DNA of 55,359 nucleotides from a virus (lineage: Duplodnaviria; Caudoviricetes), in the IMG/VR virus record IMGVR_UViG_3300048580_000268, positions 1 to 55,359 of that record. The stretch is one strand, 5' to 3'. The notes under the pieces were generated by a model. It had not been told where the DNA came from, did no database searches, and was given only the letters and a program-made list of their open reading frames with translations. Numbering within the stretch: the first letter of the stretch is position 1; the number at the start of each line of letters is the position of its first letter. Positions 1 through 8,632 of the stretch are shown piece after piece. The position numbers and the translations under genes were made by a program.

Positions 1-10
1 ATGAAGAGGG
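1..10. repeat. 10-nt terminal direct repeat ATGAAGAGGG (also 55350-55359); probably circular assembly overlap
   Basis: First 10 nt are identical to the last 10 nt. Confidence 0.8.
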
Positions 11-57
11 GGGGTAGGACTTGCGCACCCCCTCCCCCCCTCTTTATATTTTTATAT

Positions 58-315
58 TTATTCTTCTACTTCTTTTGTAACCTTTATAAACATACCAGAT
101 ATGTTTTCAGAAACTATCTCATCAACAATCAGTTCTATAGCTTGTCTCTGATCTACTTCTGAAAGTTCTTCTGAAGAGAAGGTAAGTCTACCCAACAAAG
201 CACATGTGTTGTAGCCATGTGTTGTGTCATAAGTAAACCAGTTCCGGAAGTCATCGAAAGGATCATAAGGATTGTCTTTAGTTGTTACCATAGTTCTGAT
301 TACTTTATTACCCAT
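58..315 (-). CDS. Hypothetical protein, last gene of genome
   Basis: 85-aa ORF with GGAGGTG RBS; TTKDNPYDPFDDF motif. Confidence 0.75.
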   Translation of the reverse strand: MGNKVIRTMVTTKDNPYDPFDDFRNWFTYDTTHGYNTCALLGRLTFSSEELSEVDQRQAIELIVDEIVSENISGMFIKVTKEVEE

Positions 316-400
316 CCTTAATCACCTCCAAGTAAAGTTTAAAGTTTTTGTTTAAGTTGTTTGTGTATACTTCTTTGAGTAGACTAAACCAAACCACTTA

Positions 401-3061
401 CTAACCACCTTGTAGTGATCTATCTAGTGTTGATGTTGAGACTCCAAGGCGAGCTGCTACCTCAGCTCTAGTATAGTCACCAGTACTAAGTAAGGCTTGA
501 GCTTGCTTAGTCTTGGCATCTGTCATTAATAGTTTAGCTCTTGGTGTGGCTAGCTCTCTGACTTTATCCATGTCTGAGTTGTCTAGTATTGACCTGAGTT
601 TAGTATCACTTACTGCTCCAGCTTGAATAGCTTCCCATTCTTTAGGCTCAATAACTATCTTCTCTTTCTTAGCGCCTACTCTATTGCGGGCCTCTGTTAA
701 TGCCTGGCCGTTTAACTTCTTTTCAGAAGCTCGATCCATATGTGGATTTGCTTGCTTCTTCTGCTCCATGATTTCATTAGCTAGAATCTGAGCCCGTCTT
801 TCACGAGGGGCGTTTTCTTTTGCTATGCGGAGTTTAACATCTAGAGAAGAAACTTCTTTCTCGTAAACTTTCTTTGCAGAGGGGGATGAGATAGCGCCTG
901 GGGTATTAATCATTTCAAGTCTTGCTTTGTTAGCCATAGCTTTTAGTCTGTTTGAATGATTAGCATACAGTCTTTCAACTGGTGTACCAGAAGAAAGATC
1001 ATGAGCATCTTTTGCTAATTCAAGTTCCTCAAACTTCCTTAAGCTTAACTCTCCCGTTTTACTATTTACCCTACCTGTTGGCTCCCAAACAAGCTCGCCA
1101 GTCTTTCGGTCTATTGGCCCACCGTTTCTTGCCCTACGTGGTATGACCTCAGGAACCCTTATGTCACGGCCAGCCCTAGAGATAATAGTAGAAGCTCCAC
1201 CGCTACCATCAGCTTTACGTTGATACTTTTCTTGCAGGGCCCTAATGCGGTTATCTTTCTCTGACTGCTTATAATTCAATCTGTGTTTTTCAGCGTCAAT
1301 AACAACCATTGAATGGCGAACTGCTGCAGCTAACTCAGTCTCAGAAGCCCCATGCAAAGTCATGTCTGTGATTAGGTTAGAGATAACACCCATCTGCTTT
1401 TGTGTGTCGCCCATAATTTTCATACCTGGGTATTCTCGGTATGTTTCTCTGGGGTTAAAGTTCTTTAAACCTTCTAAAGCAGGCGTTGATCTTATTCTAC
1501 CTTTATCATTTGGTATAACTAATACCGTGTCTCCATCAAAGTCCGCTCCAGACAAACGTTCCGCAACTTGTGCGTTTATTGCCACTGCATCTTTAGCGCC
1601 TTTAAGAAGTTTATTAGCTTCCCTGTTCTTGTTGTTAACAACGAGAAGTGGGATTTCGAAAGTTCCTCCATGCGGGTAGCGTATTAGAGATACTTTTGTG
1701 CCGTTATCATAATTAGGGGCGTAGACTTCTGTCGGTGATAATGAATTAATAGGTAGTATCGCATACCATGCTTGACCAGGAAGACTTGCTGCCTTTAGGT
1801 GAACGGACGCGGCATCAGTTCCATCTGCAAACTCTTGAAGAAGTTTAGATTTAACTGTTGGATTAGTTAACGCCATGATTTCATCAAGTTCAGCTTGCCG
1901 CTGTTTATAGGTGGTGTCTAAACGCTCTCTAATAAGTTTTGGTTCTTGTTTAGAAAGAACTTGCGAGGCTATGGATTTTGACCATGCTCCCCAATTACCC
2001 TCTTCATTGACAATGTTTACTGCTGACTTGTTAACTTCTAACCCAGTTTTTGGATCTTTCTCTGTTATTTGTCTACGAATTACAGCGCCAAAAGGATTAT
2101 CTGGATCATCGGTTAACTTCTTTAAAGCATCAAGTTTGTTGTTAGTTCTTTCTTTATTAGTATTAAATTGTATATCGACTCCTGCAGGCAGATCATCTTT
2201 ATACATAGCCATACCTTTTAGGTAGTGCTCTGGACCTACTTTAATACGGACTTGAGCGTAACGAGATCCTCCAAGATCTAAATCTTTAACTCCTGGACGG
2301 ATATACATTACTCCATCTAAAGCCGACCCTCCATCAGGCCCATAGACGACGTCAATTCTTTTTGGATTGATTGATATCGGTGGAAGAATCCCTAATGTAG
2401 ACTTTCCAGTATCGTCTAAACGCTCGTTAAGCATCCGTATTTTATTTCGGTTTTTAACGGCGTCGCCCCAACTTGTACCAGGTTTCGCAAGCACTCTAAG
2501 TTTTGTGTCATAAACTGTTCCAAGCTGAGGAACCGGAACGTTTGAGTGAACTTCGTAACCTTCTGCTTTCAACATAGACAAAGCGACTTTTAAACGCTCT
2601 TCACTCACATTCAAGTACATTTCTGTACCTATACCGACATCCAACCAATCAACTTTATTAACCTGATCTCTTAAAATATTAGTTACTGTTTCAATAACAT
2701 CATTTTTCATTTTAGCGGCTGGAGCAAGAAGAGTTCTAAATGTTGATTCTGGAATCCCCATTTGCTCGGATGCTGCTTTATCTGACATCTGCTTGGTGTA
2801 TTTAAGATATTCAGCAGTTTTTATTCGTTCTTGTTGTCTCTCATTTTTAGCAATAGTCTTAAACGCCCGAAGATCTGCTACAGACATTTCAAAACTTTTT
2901 GCAATTTCAGCTTCTGTAAATTTATCTTCTTTTCTCAGCTTTTCAACCATATCAAGAAAGGTTCGACTATTCTTGACATTTCCACCAGATCCCCAAGGGT
3001 ATCGACCAGATTTTCTGGGAGTACCATAATGTTCAAGATAAACGTCTTCATCAATGTACAT
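401..3061 (-). CDS. Single-subunit two-barrel (DPBB) RNA polymerase-like protein, RDR/YonO type, with HTH domains
   Basis: RLSGADFDGD catalytic motif, RYPH, DG...QVR...KG, G.I.N...HS..ID..K; C-terminal HTH RAEVAARLGVSTSTL. Confidence 0.8.
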   Translation of the reverse strand: MYIDEDVYLEHYGTPRKSGRYPWGSGGNVKNSRTFLDMVEKLRKEDKFTEAEIAKSFEMSVADLRAFKTIAKNERQQERIKTAEYLKYTKQMSDKAASEQMGIPESTFRTLLAPAAKMKNDVIETVTNILRDQVNKVDWLDVGIGTEMYLNVSEERLKVALSMLKAEGYEVHSNVPVPQLGTVYDTKLRVLAKPGTSWGDAVKNRNKIRMLNERLDDTGKSTLGILPPISINPKRIDVVYGPDGGSALDGVMYIRPGVKDLDLGGSRYAQVRIKVGPEHYLKGMAMYKDDLPAGVDIQFNTNKERTNNKLDALKKLTDDPDNPFGAVIRRQITEKDPKTGLEVNKSAVNIVNEEGNWGAWSKSIASQVLSKQEPKLIRERLDTTYKQRQAELDEIMALTNPTVKSKLLQEFADGTDAASVHLKAASLPGQAWYAILPINSLSPTEVYAPNYDNGTKVSLIRYPHGGTFEIPLLVVNNKNREANKLLKGAKDAVAINAQVAERLSGADFDGDTVLVIPNDKGRIRSTPALEGLKNFNPRETYREYPGMKIMGDTQKQMGVISNLITDMTLHGASETELAAAVRHSMVVIDAEKHRLNYKQSEKDNRIRALQEKYQRKADGSGGASTIISRAGRDIRVPEVIPRRARNGGPIDRKTGELVWEPTGRVNSKTGELSLRKFEELELAKDAHDLSSGTPVERLYANHSNRLKAMANKARLEMINTPGAISSPSAKKVYEKEVSSLDVKLRIAKENAPRERRAQILANEIMEQKKQANPHMDRASEKKLNGQALTEARNRVGAKKEKIVIEPKEWEAIQAGAVSDTKLRSILDNSDMDKVRELATPRAKLLMTDAKTKQAQALLSTGDYTRAEVAARLGVSTSTLDRSLQGG

Positions 3062-3076
3062 TATTTACCCCCTTTT

Positions 3077-3637
3077 CTAAGAATAGTTGATTCGACGAAT
3101 TTCTTCAATATAACTGACGTGTTCCACAATAGTCCTCATGATGTTATCAATTGCTTCTGGAAAAGGTTCAAAAATGCGAATTTCATCTCTTTGATAGATT
3201 CTAAGTTCTATAGAAATGTCGTAAGGGCTTATCTCATACTCTAAACAAAATAGAGCAGCGTATACCTCAAGTTGTTTTTCGCTAGTTTTTGTAATGCCAG
3301 TTTTTAAATCATGAATTCTTAATTTGTTCCTCCGAAAACAAATAGCGTCTGCCGTGCCAAAACAATGTTCAGAGTAAAAAAGAGTTTGCTCAGAAGTCAT
3401 TTTGTAATTTATAGCGTCATTGACATAAGTTGCGAGCGCCATATTGGATCTCGACAATTTAACGCCTAACATTATAGCATTGTGAGCTAGTTTGTGTAAA
3501 TCGTCGCCGCGCCTAGCTGCTTGCGCAGAGCTGTATCTAGCTTCTAGTTTTTGTTCGTCATAATTTATCCAATGATAATTACTTGGACTTAGAAAGGCGT
3601 GTTTATCTTTTAAGTCCAAATGCTGATTGAAGCGCAT
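3077..3637 (-). CDS. PD-(D/E)XK Cas4-like exonuclease
   Basis: H.FLSPS, G...H, FGTAD, IHDLKTG, QLEVYA motifs. Confidence 0.75.
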   Translation of the reverse strand: MRFNQHLDLKDKHAFLSPSNYHWINYDEQKLEARYSSAQAARRGDDLHKLAHNAIMLGVKLSRSNMALATYVNDAINYKMTSEQTLFYSEHCFGTADAICFRRNKLRIHDLKTGITKTSEKQLEVYAALFCLEYEISPYDISIELRIYQRDEIRIFEPFPEAIDNIMRTIVEHVSYIEEIRRINYS

Positions 3638-3899
3638 CTAATACCTCTTCTTCATTTTCTGGGTAAATAAACGCCGCAAAAGACATTTGGTTAAGCGTCT
3701 TGACATAATACTCTTGATTTGGTTGGGCGTCTTCATTGATAGAACGCTTAACTTCAAGCATAGCCCATCTATCTTCATATAAAACAAGTAAGTCTGGTAT
3801 ACCTTGAATCTTAGACGGATCATTCTTGATAATGAGACAGCCGGGCAAGCAGTCATAGATCTTTTTAATAAGATCATACTGATATTTAGACTCTCGCAT
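3603..3899 (-). CDS. VRR-NUC-type PD-(D/E)XK nuclease/resolvase (start revised to MRESKY)
   Basis: GIPDL, LEVK, PNQ motifs; GGAGG RBS before ATG at 3899. Confidence 0.8.
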   Translation of the reverse strand: MRESKYQYDLIKKIYDCLPGCLIIKNDPSKIQGIPDLLVLYEDRWAMLEVKRSINEDAQPNQEYYVKTLNQMSFAAFIYPENEEEVLDALQSAFGLKR

Positions 3900-3945
3900 C
3901 GATTGTCCTCCAAAAAATGAAATAAATGTTTCTAATATACCTCTT

Positions 3946-3970
3946 CTCTCTATTACAATCGTTGTAAATA
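3946..3970 (-). promoter_or_regulatory. Variant copy of conserved promoter motif (TTTACAACGATTGTAATAGAGAG)
   Basis: Matches the TTTACAACG-nn-TATAAT-GAGA consensus with mismatches; upstream of the nuclease-RNAP genes. Confidence 0.55.
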
Positions 3971-3985
3971 CTAATACTGTATACG

Positions 3986-4507
3986 TCATGTAAAACAGTA
4001 GACACTTCTTGTCGGGTAGATGGCTACCCCTTGTAGGGCGGAGGTTAAAAGATCGTCAAACAACACACCTTCTTTGATACCGGCTTCTATTATCGAAGAA
4101 TAGACCTCTCCTGTTTGTAGGTTGAGTATTTGTTTTGAGTAATACTCAGATGGGTACACCGGTTTGAATTGCCTTGAATACTTCTGAGCAAACCAAGCAG
4201 GCCGCCAAGCCAAGTTACGATAATAAAGATTACTCTTATCGTTGTCTAACACAATAACTGTGTCTGGAATCGCCGACTTGTGGAACCCTGGTGAGATTGC
4301 TGGCTTAGCCACAAAGTGTTCGGCTACCAAAACTCTTACGGACCTGGTAAGTCTTACACCTCCTTCAGACAATGTGACCTTATAGTCACCTTGCATAGTT
4401 CTACTTTCAGACATGAGACGTTCTAGCCTTCTATTGTATACAGAGCCATAGTTATTTATGAGGTAATTACCCATACCTTTGATGGGTACCCACTCTTCAT
4501 CGGACAA
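3986..4507 (-). CDS. NUMOD4/HNH-type (degenerate) endonuclease-like protein
   Basis: EEWVPI..Y.INNYG.V, V..LVAEHF, DNDKSNL...NLAW; catalytic His residues appear lost. Confidence 0.65.
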   Translation of the reverse strand: MSDEEWVPIKGMGNYLINNYGSVYNRRLERLMSESRTMQGDYKVTLSEGGVRLTRSVRVLVAEHFVAKPAISPGFHKSAIPDTVIVLDNDKSNLYYRNLAWRPAWFAQKYSRQFKPVYPSEYYSKQILNLQTGEVYSSIIEAGIKEGVLFDDLLTSALQGVAIYPTRSVYCFT

Positions 4508-4794
4508 TTTTTACTCCTGCCTTGTAGGGGGGCGTCGTTTTTGACGAATTTCGGGGTTAAAAAAGTATTAGGGAAAATGTCATCCTTATACTACATACTA
4601 CACCAAGATCAGTCGTATAAGGTATACTAAATCTATAGAACTTTTTGACAAAAATATATGACGCGAACGACGCCGCTCAAAATAGTGCCGTTTAAACGAC
4701 TTTCGTGTAGTTTCATACACTTTTCTACTTATTTTAACAGCTTTTTCGTCCTGAAAAGGCGTCATATTTGAACACGTTTTTTCAAAGTTTCTCA

Positions 4795-6027
4795 TCAACA
4801 CTGCTCAAGTTCGATAGAATCAATCAATTTATCATAGAATTTTCGCTCATTGAAGCTTTTTTTTGAGGCCAATGATTCCTTAATTCCTCGATCGATCACC
4901 GAATTCGACGCCAAGATATAGTAGTAAAGGACGTCAAATGGGGTATTCAGCCGGTCAATTCTACCCTGACATTGCTCAAAGTTCTTGTACGAATATGTCA
5001 TTGAGTACATGATCATAGCGTTCGTATCTACACAATTCCAACCTTCTGCTCCCGATGTGTACTGCACAAGATACACCCATTTATCAGTGTCTGGGATAGG
5101 CTGCTTACGATGCCCATTCCACTCCGCGACGGTGATGTCATCAGCAAGCGTCCTGAGAATCTCAAGCTCGAAGTTGAAGGTGTAGAAGATGATTAGTTTG
5201 TCATGACACGTCATCAGTTTGCGAACCATCTCAAGACGAGACGGGTGTTCGTTCACAACGCGTCTCATCAGTCTAAAGACTTCTGCGATGTCGCGGACGG
5301 GAGCATCATCGTAAGGATTCCACCGACGAACAAACACGGTGTTAAACAGATTATGGTTGTACTCAACATCGATGTAGTTGATCACCCGCGTGGTATGTCG
5401 CTCGTATGGCATCTCTACAAGAACATCGTTACGCAGTACTTCGAGCCTCTGCTCGTTGAGGTAACCTTTGATCTTTGGGTATTTTGAGAAGGCTTCGTAT
5501 ACTACGTGCTGCATTTTGAAGTCAGTGATGTTCTTGTAAAACCCGTTGGCTATAAAGACGGGGGCATAATCCAACCACGAGTCTCCTGGGGTAGCGCTGA
5601 GAAGAATCCATCTGTTGTTTCTGGAAATTTTGAGGAATGACTTAACCCAAGCTCCATTTCCAACCAATCTCTGCTCGTCAAAGATGAAGAACCGATCTTG
5701 TAGACCCTCAAACTTACTAATGTTGTTCCAGGACTCCACGATGAGAGCGCCGTCTGAAGTATACTCTTGAGCTGTTGAAATTCCAAACCTTGCTGCTTCT
5801 GTTTCCCAATCCATACTATCACGCTTCTTGGCGGTTGTGATGACGACGATGTCACGAGGTGACTCCTTTTCTTTGTAGTACGATAGTACTGTCCGGGTTT
5901 TACCGCTCCCAACACCGCCGTGTAAGATTTTACCGTTTCCTAGATTTTTTACTGCTTCTTCCTGATGCGGTTGTAACTCATGCATAGTCAGTACGTACTC
6001 ATCTACTTGTAGGGCTAAGTTATTCAT
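4795..6027 (-). CDS. Superfamily 2 (SNF2-like) DNA helicase
   Basis: GVGSGKT Walker A, FDEQ, LSATP, Q..GRIDR. Confidence 0.9.
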   Translation of the reverse strand: MNNLALQVDEYVLTMHELQPHQEEAVKNLGNGKILHGGVGSGKTRTVLSYYKEKESPRDIVVITTAKKRDSMDWETEAARFGISTAQEYTSDGALIVESWNNISKFEGLQDRFFIFDEQRLVGNGAWVKSFLKISRNNRWILLSATPGDSWLDYAPVFIANGFYKNITDFKMQHVVYEAFSKYPKIKGYLNEQRLEVLRNDVLVEMPYERHTTRVINYIDVEYNHNLFNTVFVRRWNPYDDAPVRDIAEVFRLMRRVVNEHPSRLEMVRKLMTCHDKLIIFYTFNFELEILRTLADDITVAEWNGHRKQPIPDTDKWVYLVQYTSGAEGWNCVDTNAMIMYSMTYSYKNFEQCQGRIDRLNTPFDVLYYYILASNSVIDRGIKESLASKKSFNERKFYDKLIDSIELEQC

Positions 6028-6069
6028 AATTACATCCTTATACGACTAAAAAATAAAACCGTTGTGGAC

Positions 6070-6105
6070 AAAAAGGAAAGGGGCTGTATCAGCCCCCAAC
6101 CTTTT
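6070..6105 (-). terminator. Intrinsic terminator
   Basis: GGGGCTGATACAGCCCC hairpin followed by T-tract on minus strand. Confidence 0.75.
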
Positions 6106-6119
6106 GAGTTCTCCTCAGG

Positions 6120-6344
6120 TCAGTCTTCAACCTTTTCGTAACCGAGCAGGGTTCCGGTCTCGTCCTCCACGAAGACGTAGTACCCGGGCTCCGTCAACGA
6201 TCCGTTCTTGATGTCTTGATCGATCCGCTCCGCGTATGGCGGGAACTTCTTGATCCAGGCTTCAGGAACGACCGAAATCGTTTCCAGGGACACGTGGTCC
6301 ACGCGGCACGAGCCGTCACTCCAGAATGAGGTTACTGCAAGCAT
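6120..6344 (-). CDS. Cassette gene 9, 74 aa soluble hypothetical (MLAVTSFW...)
   Basis: AAAGGAG RBS and promoter motif upstream; start revised. Confidence 0.8.
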   Translation of the reverse strand: MLAVTSFWSDGSCRVDHVSLETISVVPEAWIKKFPPYAERIDQDIKNGSLTEPGYYVFVEDETGTLLGYEKVED

Positions 6345-6364
6345 GTTAACTCCTTTGTAGGTTT

Positions 6365-6388
6365 CTCTCATTATAAGCGCTGTAAAAA
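6365..6388 (-). promoter_or_regulatory. Conserved promoter motif
   Basis: TTTTTACAGCGCTTATAATGAGAG. Confidence 0.85.
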
Positions 6389-6601
6389 CTACGGTTTCAC
6401 GATGACCCGAGTCATTACTGCGTCATAGTTACCATCGGCAAGAATGATCCCCACCATTACAGTCGGTACAATCTCGAATGGAATATCAACGCCGTGGTAG
6501 ATGAAGCTATGATGTGTTTCTGAGTCTACCTCAGGCTTCACGCCTCCGTTGATAGCCGCGATGAGCGGAATGGTGTTCTCTTCAATCGGGATGATAATCA
6601 T
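6389..6601 (-). CDS. Hypothetical protein
   Basis: 70-aa ORF coupled to the upstream gene. Confidence 0.65.
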   Translation of the reverse strand: MIIIPIEENTIPLIAAINGGVKPEVDSETHHSFIYHGVDIPFEIVPTVMVGIILADGNYDAVMTRVIVKP

Positions 6602-6807
6602 CAGTTCTTCTTTGCTTCGAAGTAGTTCTTCAGTATGTCTGAAACGGTAGTGTCAGTAATCTTGCTGGCGGTTTCGGCCTTCTTCTCCATGAACTTAGCG
6701 TGGGAGAGAATTCCTGCCGCGTAAGCAGAGCCAAAACCAAAGACGGTCAAAGCTCCTAAGACATAACCTGCTGCGAACTTCATTACTTTCCTCCTGTTGA
6801 TTGACAA
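6601..6807 (-). CDS. Small membrane protein
   Basis: 68-aa ORF with one hydrophobic segment. Confidence 0.65.
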   Translation of the reverse strand: MSINRRKVMKFAAGYVLGALTVFGFGSAYAAGILSHAKFMEKKAETASKITDTTVSDILKNYFEAKKN

Positions 6808-6810
6808 ATT

Positions 6811-6848
6811 AAAAAAGGAAAAGCACCGTGATTGGTGCTCGTCCTTTT
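6811..6848 (-). terminator. Intrinsic terminator (type A)
   Basis: AGCACC-loop-GGTGCT hairpin flanked by AAGG/CCTT and T-tract. Confidence 0.75.
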
Positions 6849-6870
6849 GAGGTTGTTACCTCGGGTCTTC

Positions 6871-7020
6871 TCAGATGTCAGCGGTCAGCAGCCGCCGCAC
6901 ACCCTTCCGCACCGACGCATCGTGGTACCCGGCGATCCCCGCGTTGACAGCGTTGATGGCACCGAGTCCGGCGAAGACGGTGACGATGGTGTACAGGACG
7001 ACCTTGATGGCCTTCTTCAT
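6871..7020 (-). CDS. Cassette gene 8, 49 aa membrane protein MKKAIKVVLYTIVTVFAGLG...
   Basis: Hand-translated (below ORF-track cutoff); AAAGGAG RBS, GC-rich third codon positions. Confidence 0.8.
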   Translation of the reverse strand: MKKAIKVVLYTIVTVFAGLGAINAVNAGIAGYHDASVRKGVRRLLTADI

Positions 7021-7044
7021 GGAAGTCTCCTTTGTAGGTGGTTA

Positions 7045-7077
7045 TCTCATTATAAGCGTTGTAATTTTTGTTGACAA
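7045..7077 (-). promoter_or_regulatory. Conserved promoter motif, TTGTCA-17-TATAAT
   Basis: TTGTCAACAAAAATTACAACGCTTATAATGAGA. Confidence 0.85.
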
Positions 7078-7110
7078 GAAGAAAGCCCTTGTCAGGGGCT
7101 CGCTTCTTTT
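7078..7110 (-). terminator. Intrinsic terminator (type B)
   Basis: AGCCCCTGACAAGGGCT hairpin plus pyrimidine tract. Confidence 0.7.
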
Positions 7111-7123
7111 GATTACCTTTCAG

Positions 7124-7300
7124 TCAGTTCTTCATCCGACGCTTGACCTCCTTCTCCCAGGTCCGGGAGTTGCGCTCGTTGGTCGCCACCTCCACCGTCT
7201 TCAGGATCGTTCCTGCGATCCCGGCGACGACGGTGATGACGATGTACGGCTGCTCCTCCCAGACCTGCTTGGTCTTGGTCTTGAGCTGGTGGATGTTCAT
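7124..7300 (-). CDS. Cassette gene 7, 58 aa membrane protein MNIHQLK...
   Basis: GGAGG RBS; start revised; one TM-like segment. Confidence 0.8.
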   Translation of the reverse strand: MNIHQLKTKTKQVWEEQPYIVITVVAGIAGTILKTVEVATNERNSRTWEKEVKRRMKN

Positions 7301-7317
7301 GATTCCTCCTGTTTGTT

Positions 7318-7351
7318 CTCTCATTATAAGAGCTGTAAATAATGCGGACAA
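7318..7351 (-). promoter_or_regulatory. Conserved promoter motif, TTGTCC-17-TATAAT
   Basis: TTGTCCGCATTATTTACAGCTCTTATAATGAGAG. Confidence 0.85.
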
Positions 7352-7397
7352 AAAAGAGAAATCCTTGTAGGTTTTACGCTACAAGGACTATCTCTTT
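7351..7397 (-). terminator. Intrinsic terminator (type C)
   Basis: TCCTTGTAG-loop-CTACAAGGA hairpin plus T-tract. Confidence 0.75.
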
Positions 7398-7407
7398 CGA
7401 GACTGCT

Positions 7408-7542
7408 CTAGCTGAACAGTCGTCCGATCACGTTGGCGGCCCCCCGGATCACCCTGCGCATGAACAGCCCGGTCATCGTGATGATGATCAGGCAGCCCAA
7501 CAGGATGGTGCCGAGGAACGCGTTGACGGTGGATGCGAACAT
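7408..7542 (-). CDS. Cassette gene 6, 44 aa membrane protein MFASTVNAFLGTILLG...
   Basis: Hand-translated; AAAGGAG RBS; hydrophobic. Confidence 0.8.
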   Translation of the reverse strand: MFASTVNAFLGTILLGCLIIITMTGLFMRRVIRGAANVIGRLFS

Positions 7543-7563
7543 GGTGCTCCTTTAGTAGGTTGT

Positions 7564-7592
7564 CTCTCATTATAGGAGCTGTAATTTTTGTG
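7564..7592 (-). promoter_or_regulatory. Conserved promoter motif (no -35 match)
   Basis: CACAAAAATTACAGCTCCTATAATGAGAG. Confidence 0.8.
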
Positions 7593-7784
7593 CTATCCTT
7601 CGTCTAAATCTTCTGTAAGAAAATTAAACATGTGGTCCACGCGTTCTTGATACAATCCATCTATCAATCCTTGAAGAACACCTTCTAGCTCGTCGAAATT
7701 TCTCTGTAGGATTCGTGCTCTGAATTCAACATAGGCGATTGCTGCTACACCAATACCTATAGGAAAGACAAATTTATTAAACAT
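7593..7784 (-). CDS. Small membrane protein
   Basis: 63-aa ORF, AAAGGAG RBS, N-terminal TM segment; no own promoter motif. Confidence 0.7.
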   Translation of the reverse strand: MFNKFVFPIGIGVAAIAYVEFRARILQRNFDELEGVLQGLIDGLYQERVDHMFNFLTEDLDEG

Positions 7785-7798
7785 AGTAACTCCTTTTC

Positions 7799-7836
7799 AA
7801 AAAGGAAAAGCACCGCAATAGTGATGCTAATCCTTT
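7799..7836 (-). terminator. Intrinsic terminator (type A)
   Basis: Related in sequence to 6811-6848. Confidence 0.65.
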
Positions 7837-7852
7837 AACCTGTTAAGGTCAG

Positions 7853-8020
7853 TTAGTTGAGGCTGTTGGCGTAGAACGTCCTCAGACCTTCGAGTTCTTC
7901 GTGCGCTTCGTCAAGCTCGTCCAACACCTGGATGTGCTCCTGGTAGAGGTGGTACAAGTTCCACGAAAGCACCGCGAGCGCGATGATCTGGATAAGTGCA
8001 ATCAACAGTACGAACAACAT
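7853..8020 (-). CDS. Cassette gene 5, 55 aa TM plus coiled-coil protein MLFVLLIALIQ...
   Basis: Hand-translated; AAGGAG RBS. Confidence 0.8.
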   Translation of the reverse strand: MLFVLLIALIQIIALAVLSWNLYHLYQEHIQVLDELDEAHEELEGLRTFYANSLN

Positions 8021-8041
8021 TTCTGTCTCCTTCTGTGGTTA

Positions 8042-8074
8042 TCTCATTATACGCGCTGTAAATAATGTGGACAA
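8042..8074 (-). promoter_or_regulatory. Conserved promoter motif, TTGTCC-17-TATAAT
   Basis: TTGTCCACATTATTTACAGCGCGTATAATGAGA. Confidence 0.85.
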
Positions 8075-8111
8075 AAATAAGAAGCCTTGTCAAGACTAGA
8101 CTTCTTATTTT
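8073..8111 (-). terminator. Intrinsic terminator
   Basis: AAAATAAGAAG...CTTCTTATTTT inverted repeat. Confidence 0.7.
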
Positions 8112-8141
8112 GAGGTTACTACCTCGTGGGGTGTTATGGGT

Positions 8142-8285
8142 TCACTTCTTCGCCTTGGTGGCGAGGAGAGCGGCCAGACCAGTGAGCAGCATGGTGACCG
8201 CCCGCGTACGGGCCTTCTCCTTGCGGCGCTGTTCTGATCGCTGTCGGTTCGCTTCGACCAAGTCGAAGAAACGTGTTCCAGCCAT
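8142..8285 (-). CDS. Cassette gene 4, 47 aa basic protein with C-terminal hydrophobic segment MAGTRFFDL...
   Basis: Hand-translated; AAGGAG RBS. Confidence 0.8.
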   Translation of the reverse strand: MAGTRFFDLVEANRQRSEQRRKEKARTRAVTMLLTGLAALLATKAKK

Positions 8286-8307
8286 GTCAACTCCTTGTTG
8301 TAGGTTT

Positions 8308-8341
8308 CTCTCATTATAAGCGTTGTAAATAATGCGGACAA
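8308..8341 (-). promoter_or_regulatory. Conserved promoter motif, TTGTCC-17-TATAAT
   Basis: TTGTCCGCATTATTTACAACGCTTATAATGAGAG. Confidence 0.85.
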
Positions 8342-8371
8342 GAAGAAAGCCCTTGTCGGGGGCTCCCTTCT
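8341..8371 (-). terminator. Intrinsic terminator (type B)
   Basis: Near-identical to 7078-7110. Confidence 0.7.
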
Positions 8372-8380
8372 ATTGATAAC

Positions 8381-8548
8381 TCAGGTGTTGATGTGTCGGT
8401 CGTTGCCGGCCAAACCAGTCTGCTCATCCTTCAAGGCCTCGATCGTGCGCGTCATCACCAACATCTTCTGATGCTGGCGATAGATCACATAAGCGAGGAC
8501 CATGACGATGGTTCCCATGGTGTAGCTGTAAAGCGTCCAAAACAACAT
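8381..8548 (-). CDS. Cassette gene 3, 55 aa TM plus coiled-coil protein MLFWTLYS...
   Basis: AAAGGAG RBS; start revised; leader GGAGACAGAAATGTTGTT shared with 7853-8020. Confidence 0.8.
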   Translation of the reverse strand: MLFWTLYSYTMGTIVMVLAYVIYRQHQKMLVMTRTIEALKDEQTGLAGNDRHINT

Positions 8549-8565
8549 TTCTGTCTCCTTTGTTT

Positions 8566-8599
8566 CTCTCATTATAGGAGCTGTAAAAAATGTGGACAA
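8566..8599 (-). promoter_or_regulatory. Conserved promoter motif, TTGTCC-17-TATAAT
   Basis: TTGTCCACATTTTTTACAGCTCCTATAATGAGAG. Confidence 0.85.
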
Positions 8600-8632
8600 A
8601 AAGGTTAGGGGTGTTGCCACCCCTTTCCTTTT
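8598..8632 (-). terminator. Intrinsic terminator
   Basis: AGGGGTGGCAACACCCCT hairpin (GCAA tetraloop) plus T-tract. Confidence 0.75.
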
